DNA of 63,700 nt, filler included, from Collodictyon triciliatum (taxonomy: Eukaryota), in the NCBI GenBank assembly GCA_043381765.1. It is 8 parts of 8 records of this genome, joined end to end, with 100 filler letters (N's around TTAATTAATTAA, not from the genome) between each part and the next. Parts side by side here need not be neighbours in the genome. Positions count along the whole stretch, not along the records: positions 36,908 to 50,710 come from JBHJMP010003980.1; positions 50,811 to 58,072 come from JBHJMP010003982.1; 6 more parts are not named here. One strand, 5' to 3'. The first letter of the stretch is position 1. Each line of letters opens with the position of its first letter. Below the pieces are notes generated by a model, which saw only the letters and a program-made list of their open reading frames with translations, searched no databases and was not told where the DNA came from. A program made the position numbers and the translations under genes. Positions 45,018 to 54,922 of the stretch are shown one piece after another.

Positions 45018-45879
45018 GGCGGATAGAATAAAGACAGATCAAGCTCTAGCCATTAACCCACGGACAGCAAGATAAGTATGAATATAGTGCTCAGTATTAG
45101 TTTCTCTGATTCATTTCTATACTTTCTTTATCTCTTTTTCATTTTTCTTTTTCTCTTTTTTCTTTCCATTTTCTCTTATGTCTCATTCAGCCTGTGACTA
45201 GATAAGCTTTATTACAAAGGTTGTGACGAACTTGTTTTTATCCCTTTCAAAGCACACCACTTTTTATACAACGAAAGTGTACCCATATATAGCAATTTAT
45301 TGCACAGACAACCATCGAATTAAATCTGGATTGAGAAAAGCAGGAGCTTTGGTGAATCCAAGGAAAGAACCTGAATAATGTAATAGTATAATTAGTATAT
45401 ATGATAAGGTATAAGAATACTTAATAATCTCATTCTATTCCTAAAATAAATTTATATTTATTTCTCATTTATGTAATATCATTGAAATTCAAAAATTACA
45501 AACAAGCCTTTGCCTTGGCCTAGACAGAACCCAGCCTACAAACCTGCCACCAAACATATATTTCAAAGTATACTTTCCACACTTGCGGCGGTAATCATAT
45601 TGCTTGGGGCCGATATGTTGACTTTCAGTCTCAATGGCAAAACAGCCGTCCTTTCGAACTCGCCGAATTGGCTCTCAGCGTTTTGTTTCAAATCACTTCT
45701 AAAAAATTTGGAGTGTCTGATTGCCACAATGTGCACATTTTGAGAGTCTCGGTAGATGCTTAGTTTTACATAATTGATTTTATGCAGTTTTTTTTTTTAA
45801 TTGACAGATTGACTCAAGTTTTATTAAAATTGAAAACTCGATAGTTTTCTAAAGGAAAAAGTAAAACAAAGGCTTTCAC

Positions 45880-47920
45880 ATGAAGAAAAGAAAACGTCTT
45901 GAGTCTGAGAATCCAAAGTCTGTAAACCCGGACAATAGAAATGTGAAAATATCTCTAAAGTCGATTGTAAAGAATCCGGATGATTATTACAAAATCAACG
46001 ATACGATTTCATTGTGTCATAACTTGGTTACGACACTTGTCTGTTTGCAAGATGTTACATATTGAAATCACAACACCTCCCAACAATCGATGAAATTTTT
46101 TTTGTGCGCTTTAAAGACAGTCGGAGTAGTTTCACAAGATAGACCCACAAGTTTTTTTAAAAAAAATACCAGATTTTTTTTATTTTTTATTATTCTTCCT
46201 TTCAACTTTTGTGCAGGACCGAGGGGGGGGGGGGGGGGGGGGGGTTGGCTTTGGTTCGCTAGCCATCGTTTACATGAACGCTACTTGTTGGCCGGGTGAA
46301 AAAAAAAATACCAGAGATGAATAAAGACATGACGACTTTTTATCTCTACGATTTCCGATTCCTTTTGTCCCGAGAAGAACGCTTTCGATTGATTGGACTG
46401 TCTCACGTATTACCGTACTTGGCGAAGCAAATGTTAACAGCTTATCATAATGACATTAAGGAGCATTTTGTAAAGAGGTTACTGCGCTTTATAAATCAAA
46501 CAGTTCCTAAAGATGGGAATATCACGGAAGCTATTAAAAAAGGCAGAGTTAGGAAAGTTAAAAGAAGTCATCTTCAAGAATCTCGGAATACCGGAGCAAT
46601 ATAAAGAATGGGCTAGAATGCATTTGAATCGTATCATTCCCAGCGATATTGTAAAAGGTATCGAATATGACGTCAAACTCAATCCAAATAAGTACATTCC
46701 ATGTCTGATTTACATGAATCGCATTTTTGAGGACATTGGAACCAAACTTTTCAACCAATCTCTATAAGAACTAACAGTATACCATGTCATATTAGTCTAG
46801 ATACTGCATGTTTGATATATCTATTAGTATCAAATGGAAAAACAGTATTAAAGAAGAATATATCAGGATGCGAAGATACCCCATGGTTTGACTTCTATGA
46901 AATCAAATAGAGGGTCTTTCATCAAAGAGACTACAATTTTATATACATGATACAAACAGACGGCTTGGCGGTGTCATTTTTGTTCGGAAAGAAAGGTATT
47001 TCAAATCCAAAATTCAAAATACCAAGAAAATCAAAAAAAAAAAACTAAGAATATGTTTATATATATATGAACTTTCCGAAGAGCAGTTATCTCTATTAGC
47101 GACAAAAAATATAGTTTGGGTGGACGCAGGTAAGTTTAATTTGGTTTACATGGTGAATGAGACAGGCAAGAAATTATGTTACACGGCACACCAATGAAGA
47201 TATGATAGCAAATCTCTTAAAAATCACAAAATACTCTTGCGCAAGAATAAAGAAAAGTACAATGATTCAGGGATATGCATGGCAACAGGTTCACAAAGTG
47301 CTGTTTCTTTTGGTCACAGGACTTTTGAAGAGAATCAGCAGTTTGAGACATCAAGAGTATCTTTAATCGATTTAGAGATAGAACTGAGTAAACATAATTC
47401 ATGTACCGTCGATTATGAAAAATTCGAAAATATATATCTATGAAATTAAGATACCAGATAGAATTATCCGGATTTTATGAACAAGTAACTTTTCGAAAGA
47501 TGAGACGGAGATAATATGTTAATACAAAAAGAAGTGAGCAGATGTTTATGGACCGATTCGAAAAGACATTTGGCAAGGATGTTGTACTTGCGTATGAAGA
47601 CTGGAGCAGAAAATGCCAGCTGAAGCATTTTATGGCAACAATCGAAAGCGGATTACGAAAAATACTATCCAAACGTTCTGAAACAGTTAATGTATAGATG
47701 AATTTAGAACCTCCAAGATGTGTTGCAATTGCGAAAAAGAACTGGAATATATAACACTGAAAAGAAATATGAAAAAAAGGTGTATAGTTGTCTCATATGT
47801 AAAGAATGCAATCGGTCAGAAAGCAAACTGCATTCTTGACAAGGGACTTTATCAGCGCTAATAATATACTCGACAAAGTTCTTTCAATCCTTCAAAATAT
47901 GCATACGACTCTCCTCAAAA
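45880..47920 (+). mobile_element. Degenerate Fanzor1 (TnpB-like RNA-guided endonuclease) pseudogene
   Basis: Intronless frameshifted peptide: KISLKSIVK, LPYLAKQMLTAYHNDIKEHFVKRL, YDVKLNPNKYIPCLIYMN, IPCHISLDT, IQTDGLAVS, RuvC-I IVWVDAGK (D 47123), AYEDWS, RuvC-II DEFRTSKMCCNC (E 47700), CLICKEC, RuvC-III TRDFISANNI (D 47845). Confidence 0.85.
46174..46300 (-). mobile_element. 5'-truncated retroposed insert with 15-bp target-site duplication
   Basis: AAAAAAAATACCAGA flanks both sides (46159-46173, 46301-46315). A/TAA-rich tail on the minus strand. Homologous copy at 51196-51294. Confidence 0.75.
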
Positions 47921-47925
47921 AACTC

Positions 47926-48045
47926 AGGCTGTTGGGTCTTTCCTGGCAGCCTTCACCACTACACAATCTTTGTGAAAAAAGTGGTGAGACCTTGAATACT
48001 AGCGCACCAGGTTTGCTAATTGAAAGATGGTATACCCCTTCCAGT
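47926..48045 (+). ncRNA. Putative Fanzor omegaRNA scaffold
   Basis: Adjacent hairpins directly 3' of RuvC-III: 47926-36/47942-52 (8 Watson-Crick + 3 G-U pairs) and 47953-60/47980-87 (perfect 8 bp) with inner 47962-66/47970-74. Boundaries are uncertain. Confidence 0.55.
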
Positions 48046-48527
48046 AAAACGACATGCCTGATAACAATATATTAAAGATAGTTCAATATCAAAAACTACG
48101 CTCACGGTGAGCTTGAGGCTGAACACAAAGTTCTGTTGCAGTCATTCAGAACCGCTGTCGACTGCAACACAATATCTCACCAACCGCAGTCTGGCACAAC
48201 TCTGTGCGCCGAATACTCTGGTGGGCGTGGTTGTCCCTGTTGCTTTGTCCACGTCTGGTGCCCTCCTTTATTCCCTGGCAATAGACATGTAACAGGCCAA
48301 GGCAATAAAAACCGTGAAGACCCTGGTGGCCGAACAAATGCAAAACAGGTACGAAAGGTGAGGGAAAACTTCCTCCTCCTTTTGTTGATGCGGGGGCGAC
48401 ATAGGTGGAAACGCTATTGTCTTGAACACAGAGAAGCAGACGAATGAGGGTCTGCAATGAGGAAAGACTCAGGGTGGTGATAGTCGGGCGGAGAATTCTG
48501 CGTGGGCCAGAAGAATGTTTATTGCAT

Positions 48528-49371
48528 TTAGTTCTGGTTCTTGACCTTCTTCTCGTTGGAAAGCTCGAAGTGCTTGCAGCGCTTCAGGGCCAGTTGCTGC
48601 TTGTACTTGCACTTGGTGCACTCCAGACGGAGCACGATCTTCTTGGTGGTCTTGGCCTGTTTGTCAAAGGGACGTTAGCTTCAGACCGTTTGTGCAGCTT
48701 GGGGTTTGGGTTCCGTGCGAGTGACACAAGCGGCGACAGGGAGACCTGTTTGGACGGTAGGTTGTGAGGAGTTTTTACGAACCTTCTTGTGGAAGATGGG
48801 CTTGGTCTGTCCTCCGAAACCACTCTGCTTTCGGTCGTAACGTCTCTTACCTATGAAGTGGGGTATATCATGGGTACGAGAACTAGAGAGAGAACTAGAG
48901 AGAGAGAGAGAACACAGGTTCATGAGTTTCGGAGGAGTGGAAACTAAGCTGTAACCTTGGGCGAAGAGGCTGGCCTTGCCGACCTTGTACTGCGACACTT
49001 TGTGAGGAGTGTGCTTACGGCATTGCTTGGACTTGCAAAAAGTGTTGCGGGTCTTTGGGATTTGGACCTGTTTGTGGTCAGTTTTTAGTAAAGTTTTTTT
49101 TTGTTAGTGATGAATCAGGGGCTGGATCAAGCCGGATCAAGCTGGATCGCAGGGATCAGAACTTTAGAGGTCGACAGCCTCAGACTAATAAGAATGGGAC
49201 AGTTTCGACAGACAACGCAAGAAGTTATATTCGTGTGTCTGGCAAGGAGCAATTATTTTCTGAACGACAGTGCGCTACGGGATTGGGGCTGTGGATACAT
49301 CTCATGGAGTGATTGGGTAATGAGCCAAAGAGGTATGAAAAATCATTGGGATTAGGGCAGGAACTTACCAT
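48528..49371 (-). CDS. RPL36A: 60S ribosomal protein eL42 (L36a/L44), 3 introns
   Basis: [78 protein letters not shown]. Confidence 0.96.
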
Positions 49372-49759
49372 GATGCTGGTTACTGGGTGGATAGCGGATT
49401 CCTATCGGCGCCACGGACACGATACTAGTAAAGAGCTGCGTGTTTTCACAATCGGCACTGGGAAGACTTTGTTTTTAACTGAGAAATTTTCCAGCTTTGG
49501 TTGGCACTGTTCGACAAGCGACTTTGCGCATACCCCAAGCAAGACTGCTTAATTGATGAATTACAAAATTAATATTATATTTCATATGTACAATTTGGAC
49601 ATAAACAGATTATCAAAAGCGAATGTATATTGATCATCATTCTTCGCATAATATATTCCAGAATTATCATGAAAGGAGAAACCGCTGATTATCCGTAATT
49701 TTATGGTAGTATTATTACGGTATTATTTGCCAACTTTTGCCCGCTAAGTTTCCTGTGCG

Positions 49760-50710
49760 ATGGCGGCGGACAAGGATAGCAGGGTAGGATTCACAGAGGC
49801 AGCCATTGGATAAGTGCGGGCCTTACCACTTCTGAAGGATTCTGTAGCCACTAGGGCTTATCAGTCGCAGCCAGTTCTTCTGGTTCCAACGCTAGTGCGG
49901 AAAACCCCTGAGTTGCACGTAAGTCTAGGAAGACCCGTGCAAGGAAGCCGCCTGCAAGTCTGTCTGAGCGGACAGTATTTTTGCACGGGATCGAGCATGT
50001 CGTTTACAACAAGAACAAGGCCCGCAGGCTCACAGATGCACTCACCTTCTTCTTGAAAGCGAATAAACTTTGCGAAGAGTCCATCCAATTGCGCTTACCA
50101 TACAGCGAAGGTCTTTACCTGATTGCCTTCCGCACTGCAGAAAACGCCCGAAAGCTTCTAAAGTTGAAGCAGGTAAGTTTGGGCGATATTACGATCAGCT
50201 TCAGTAGAAGTAAACCAACAGAGACCTTGGTGATGCTCTACCAACTACCGCTGGACGTGTGGCCGCAACTTATTCGTGAGGAGCTGAAGCCGTTCAGACC
50301 GACCCACGTAGATATCAAAAAGGACAAAGGCTTCTTCACAAACTCAATTGTGGTGAAGCTTCTTTGTCACAAGAACCAGCTCCCTGCAAAGTTTACGGTC
50401 ATGGGAAAAAAGTGTCCAAAGCGCATCCCCAAAGAGCGTCCGCCAGCCGCAAACAACGAACGACAAGTAAAAGCCCCGCAAAAGAATACAACCGCCAAGC
50501 AGACAAGCAGCAACGGGGCCAAGGAAACCAAGGCCAGGCAACAATAGAGCTCGCAAGACTCACAGCAGATACGCGCATACAACGACAGCGACGATGACAT
50601 GGAAGGAAATCTCGGTTCCTCTTCAGAATCCTCGCACTCGAGCCCTCCACCGCCAATACTGGACAAGCCCGCACATCGCAAGACCCAAGAGCAGCGCATC
50701 TCCAAACCCC
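49760..50710 (+). mobile_element. Degenerate non-LTR retrotransposon (L1/Tx1-like) ORF1, truncated by the contig end
   Basis: Intronless. Two RRM-like units (RTVFLHGI..YLIAFRTAENARKLL; VMLYQLPLDV..IREELKPF..LPAKFTVMG). In-frame stops at 49909 and 50545. No reverse transcriptase visible. Confidence 0.55.
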
Positions 50711-50810
50711 NNNNNNNNNNNNNNNNNNNNNNNNNNNNNNNNNNNNNNNNNNNNTTAATTAATTAANNNNNNNNNNNNNNNNNNNNNNNNNNNNNNNNNN
50801 NNNNNNNNNN

Positions 50811-50850
<40 letters not shown>

Positions 50851-51195
50851 AGATTGGGTTCTGCTTCGGCCAGGAGCGAGGTGGTTCCTGTTATAATTGG
50901 TTCAAGAAGGCAAAGTTTATGTGCGTATCCGTTTTTTCTTATGACACATCAGGATTATGTTTCATCGTGTGGTTTCGTCATCCCATCGTAATTCGAAAAT
51001 AAGTTTATGAAAATGTTGCCATCTTATAATGATAATTTTTAGGATTGGCGAATAGAAAAGAATTAGTACACAAACAAATAAACATATTTTCCCAAAAATC
51101 AAAATGCATAATATCTCTTAATTTTTCAAAGTATATATGAGAATGTTTTTGATGTGCAAACAGCTAAAAAAAAAAAAAAAAAGGAAAGCGAGGCG

Positions 51196-51490
51196 TTTTT
51201 ATTATTATTGTACCTTCAATTTTGTTCAAGATGGCGGGGATGTTGGCTTTAGTTCGCTAGCCAACGTTTACATTTACGCTACTTGGTGGCCGGGCGGCAA
51301 AGTAGTCGGCAATCAGAATTGTATCCTGCATTTTGGCCTGTAGCCTGGGTCTTGTCATTACATAAGAGAGGCAAGGCGAGGTTGAATATCTTTCTCGGCT
51401 TCTTTCCATATGTCTCTTCTCACGGGGTCTGAGTAGGAGAGAACGTGCAGGTGGCGAAAGAAGCTGTTGAGGATAGATATTTTTATGGCG
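51196..51490 (-). mobile_element. Second, longer copy of the retroelement 3' end
   Basis: 51196-51294 aligns by eye with 46174-46297 and shares the tail-side boundary. The extension to about 51490 (ORF-end-like ..KDIQPRLASLM*) is inferred. Confidence 0.55.
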
Positions 51491-51512
51491 AGAGGTTTAT
51501 TTTCTTTATTTA

Positions 51513-53303
51513 TCAAGGTCTTGGCCAATCTTCTGTATTTAATCTGAATGGAAAAGCTGATAGGTATAAGGATGTCATTGACATTAACGCCGATTGGAGC
51601 AGGAGCACTGCTTTGAGATTATAATTCCATTTTCTTACGATGGGAATCTCAACAGCATATAAGTAATACTCAAAAGTAAGGCATACTACCTGAGTGAATA
51701 TTTCTATTGGTAATTGTATGGCGAGACTCAAGAAATATTGCTGAATCTTTGGTGATGTTTGGAATGTCACATAGTCTTGAATGGGGCTTGAGAGATAAAA
51801 TACAAGAGGGATGAAAATAATTATTTGAGGCTCTGCTACCAGTCTGTTATAAATGGTATTTTTCCTTAGGGGAATCATAAATTGAAGAACCTTTTCATTA
51901 TTCGTCATAAAGAGGCGAGTGATTTTGGGCAGTAAGAAATCATTTGAATAAAGTGCTGTAATTTTCATTTCTGTTGATGAATTTGAGCACTCCAAATCTT
52001 GTTTTTTATCTTCTAATTTTGCTTCCTGTGACCCTGGTGGGGGTTTTTTAGCATTTAAATTCAAGACTCTGTTTTTGGAAAACATTTTGCTGACATGCTC
52101 CTTCAATTTTTTTCCAAGTTTGTTCATATAAATCGTTCTGGGGATGTATGTAATCCAAAAGAATATTTCAAAAATGCTGGATGAGACTGCCATCAGCCCA
52201 GTATCGTAAAGATTAGGGGCATCTGCAATTATAAAGCGAAGAATAGACTGAGATATGAATCCCAGTAAATAGCTGAATAAAAACCTGTACTTTTGAAACT
52301 CGATCGATTTATATATTAGCATATTATTCTGAATTGCCTCAGCGATATTGAATGCAAACGGAAGTATAATGGCTCTCCCAATAACGCGTATATATATGTC
52401 AGAGTCCATGAGGAAAGGGATTAAGTATGTAGTGGAGATATAATATATGATAAAGAAAGGAACAAAAGCTATAAGGATGGATAATGGCGTACCATCCGTG
52501 GAAAGCACGTAATATCTATGCTTCTTTGAGCCAACATATGAGCTGTCTCTACCCTCGGTTACTTCAGATGGATTCGCCCTCAAAGAAAGTAACAAAATAG
52601 ATGCATATGTGAAGAAAATTAAGTAAAACGATACAGTTATCCACGGTATTTCACATATTGCCCTGAAAATGTAGGCTATTATGTGGACTGCACAACACGG
52701 AAGCATCGTTTTGACTACTTTTGATTTCAGTCGGTTCAAACCGAATATGTAGGCACAGAGCAAAAAGACAGAAGTATATAGGGAGCAAATAAAAAATGAG
52801 TCCACAATAAGAAAGTGATATATCATACTCTCATGGTCGATAGTAAAGAACTGTGTGGAGCCAAATATTATGAAGATTAGTAGAAAGGGAATAGCTCCAA
52901 GAACCAAAGAATGCCAGAGTAACCATGGAATGATTTGAAACGAATAGTGGGCGGCCTGCATAAGTGTTATTATTTCAGTAGGTTTCATGTCGCATGGTGG
53001 TCTTCTGGGAACTTGTTGGTTATCAGTGTCGTATTTCTCTTGGTTTATGTCTTCGCATCCTCGATTTTTTTCCTCTGCTGATATGCAGCTGTGATATTCT
53101 CCACTGTAGGGACTATTTGATCCGCGTGGTATTGAGCCATTATTGTCTGAGCATTCTTTCTGGTCAGCCACAGATTGATAACACGAATTGTTGTGCCTGT
53201 CACCTTCAAAAGGATGGTACTCGATCGGTATACCCAGGATATCAGGCTCCGTTGATACTGCGTTGAAATCGGTTTCTTTGCTTGAGCGCCTATGTCTATT
53301 CAT
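51513..53303 (-). CDS. Uncharacterised 596-aa multi-pass membrane protein, intronless coding region
   Basis: Long uninterrupted ORF with a hydrophilic N-terminus and roughly ten hydrophobic segments. Confidence 0.8.
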   Translation of the reverse strand: MNRHRRSSKETDFNAVSTEPDILGIPIEYHPFEGDRHNNSCYQSVADQKECSDNNGSIPRGSNSPYSGEYHSCISAEEKNRGCEDINQEKYDTDNQQVPRRPPCDMKPTEIITLMQAAHYSFQIIPWLLWHSLVLGAIPFLLIFIIFGSTQFFTIDHESMIYHFLIVDSFFICSLYTSVFLLCAYIFGLNRLKSKVVKTMLPCCAVHIIAYIFRAICEIPWITVSFYLIFFTYASILLLSLRANPSEVTEGRDSSYVGSKKHRYYVLSTDGTPLSILIAFVPFFIIYYISTTYLIPFLMDSDIYIRVIGRAIILPFAFNIAEAIQNNMLIYKSIEFQKYRFLFSYLLGFISQSILRFIIADAPNLYDTGLMAVSSSIFEIFFWITYIPRTIYMNKLGKKLKEHVSKMFSKNRVLNLNAKKPPPGSQEAKLEDKKQDLECSNSSTEMKITALYSNDFLLPKITRLFMTNNEKVLQFMIPLRKNTIYNRLVAEPQIIIFIPLVFYLSSPIQDYVTFQTSPKIQQYFLSLAIQLPIEIFTQVVCLTFEYYLYAVEIPIVRKWNYNLKAVLLLQSALMSMTSLYLSAFPFRLNTEDWPRP

Positions 53304-54019
53304 TAATCGTGTTGGTAGCGCGTTCAGTCGCCACTGGACGAATACCTGAGTTAGGAGGGTAAGTATCTAAATAATGCAGGAGATTGCAAGTTGGGGAGCA
53401 CCAGCAAAGAAAATACCACAAAAGGTACGCCCCACTTAAGAATAAATAAATTCGATCATGTGCACACTTGGTTCTCGTCTACGGCAGTGACCAGTTTTGG
53501 TCGCTATTAGTGTGTAAGGTTGAACTCCGATAGTTCTTGCTTGGTGAATGGGCGAAGGAAAAAAAAAAGGGTTAAGTTCCACGCACCGCACTTAGATTCG
53601 TGATAACGGCTTTTCAGACCCAAATATTGGCAGATCGAATTCGGCGGAAAAAAAAGTGACATTTGGTGCCGAATTGCTCGATACATTTCACATGATGAGG
53701 AAGCGCACACGCCTGTTTTTACATTCCCAAAAATAATTCCTTCTATTGGCTTTGTCGACAAGTTCAGGTGACGAAGGGTGCCAGCGATTACATCCGTTGT
53801 TCTCAATTTGCATAGGGTCAAGGGGATGTGACTGTATCAAACGAAATGGATATGCCATCCCTTCAGGGCATTGACAGCACTGCGTTCGATGTGGTAGCTG
53901 CAAATTGCGCCACCCATTTTGTCGTCATACATAAAAACAAACGCGAGCTGCTGAGTACTTGGCGAAGACTAAAAAAAAGGGAAGATATCAATAAGAAAAA
54001 AAAAAGGCTGAGCAAAAGA

Positions 54020-54091
54020 TGCCGTCTCTCGGAATCGAACCGAGGTTATCACGGCCACAACGTGAAGTACTAACCACTATACTAAGACGGC
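54020..54091 (-). tRNA. tRNA-His (GUG)
   Basis: GCCGTCT/AGACGGC acceptor stem, TAGTGGTTAG D-loop, anticodon loop TTGTGGC, GGTTCGATTCC T-arm and downstream T-runs. G-1 is not encoded, as usual in eukaryotes. Confidence 0.96.
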
Positions 54092-54108
54092 TTCTAGTGG
54101 TAAAAGAA

Positions 54109-54508
54109 GAATCATATATTTATAGAATCATATATTTATAGAATCATATATTTATAGAATCATATGTTTATAGAATCATATATTTATAGAATCATATGTT
54201 TATAGAATCATATGTTTATAGAATCATATATTTATAGAATCATATATTTATAGAATCATATATTTATAGAATCATATATTTATAGAATCATATATTTATA
54301 GAATCATATGTTTATAGAATCATATATTTATAGAATCATATATTTATAGAATCATATATTTATAGAATCATATATTTATAGAATCATCTATTTATAGTAT
54401 CATATATTTATACCATCATGTGTATATACTATCATGTATTTATACTATCATGTATTTATAATATCATGTGTATATACTATCATGTATTTATACTATCATG
54501 TATTTATA
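54109..54508. repeat. 16-bp minisatellite, 25 units (GAATCATATATTTATA grading to CTATCATGTATTTATA)
   Basis: Exact 16-nt periodicity over 400 nt. Confidence 0.93.
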
Positions 54509-54922
54509 TAATAATTTAATGATGTAGTGATGCCATGATGTATTTATATAATAATGTTATGATGTAATCACATCATCAATATTTTATATTTTAATAAATG
54601 GTACGCATTTTGCATCATGGAAATCATGTTCTCATATAATAATATTAACAATAATTTATCAACATTAAAAACTGTGTTTCATTATCTTCTCATTACTATA
54701 ATTACGCAGTGTCTTTTAAAAAAATCTCATTCACTTGTGCTGTTTCTTTGTAGTAAAACATATATGGAAAAAAATACATCCAGACACATACAAATTATTT
54801 GCATTTTTTTCATCCTTACATATAAATATGTCATCGGCCGATTTTTTTTTCCACATAACTCGCTGCTTTTTATTCCCGCACAACAAATTGTAATATGATT
54901 ATTATTTATTATCATGTTTTCC

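Noticed and set aside
45050-48100. Terminal inverted repeats or TSD for the Fanzor element
   Set aside because: No convincing pair was found by eye; the ends need multi-copy alignment.
48790-48815. Cycloheximide-resistance allele of eL42
   Set aside because: The sequence reads GQTKPIF, the ordinary Pro form.
49070-49368. Intronic snoRNA in RPL36A intron 1
   Set aside because: Only a short stem and scattered CTGA motifs; no complete C/D or H/ACA layout.
54109-54508. CRISPR-like array
   Set aside because: The units are contiguous with no unique spacers; it is a minisatellite.
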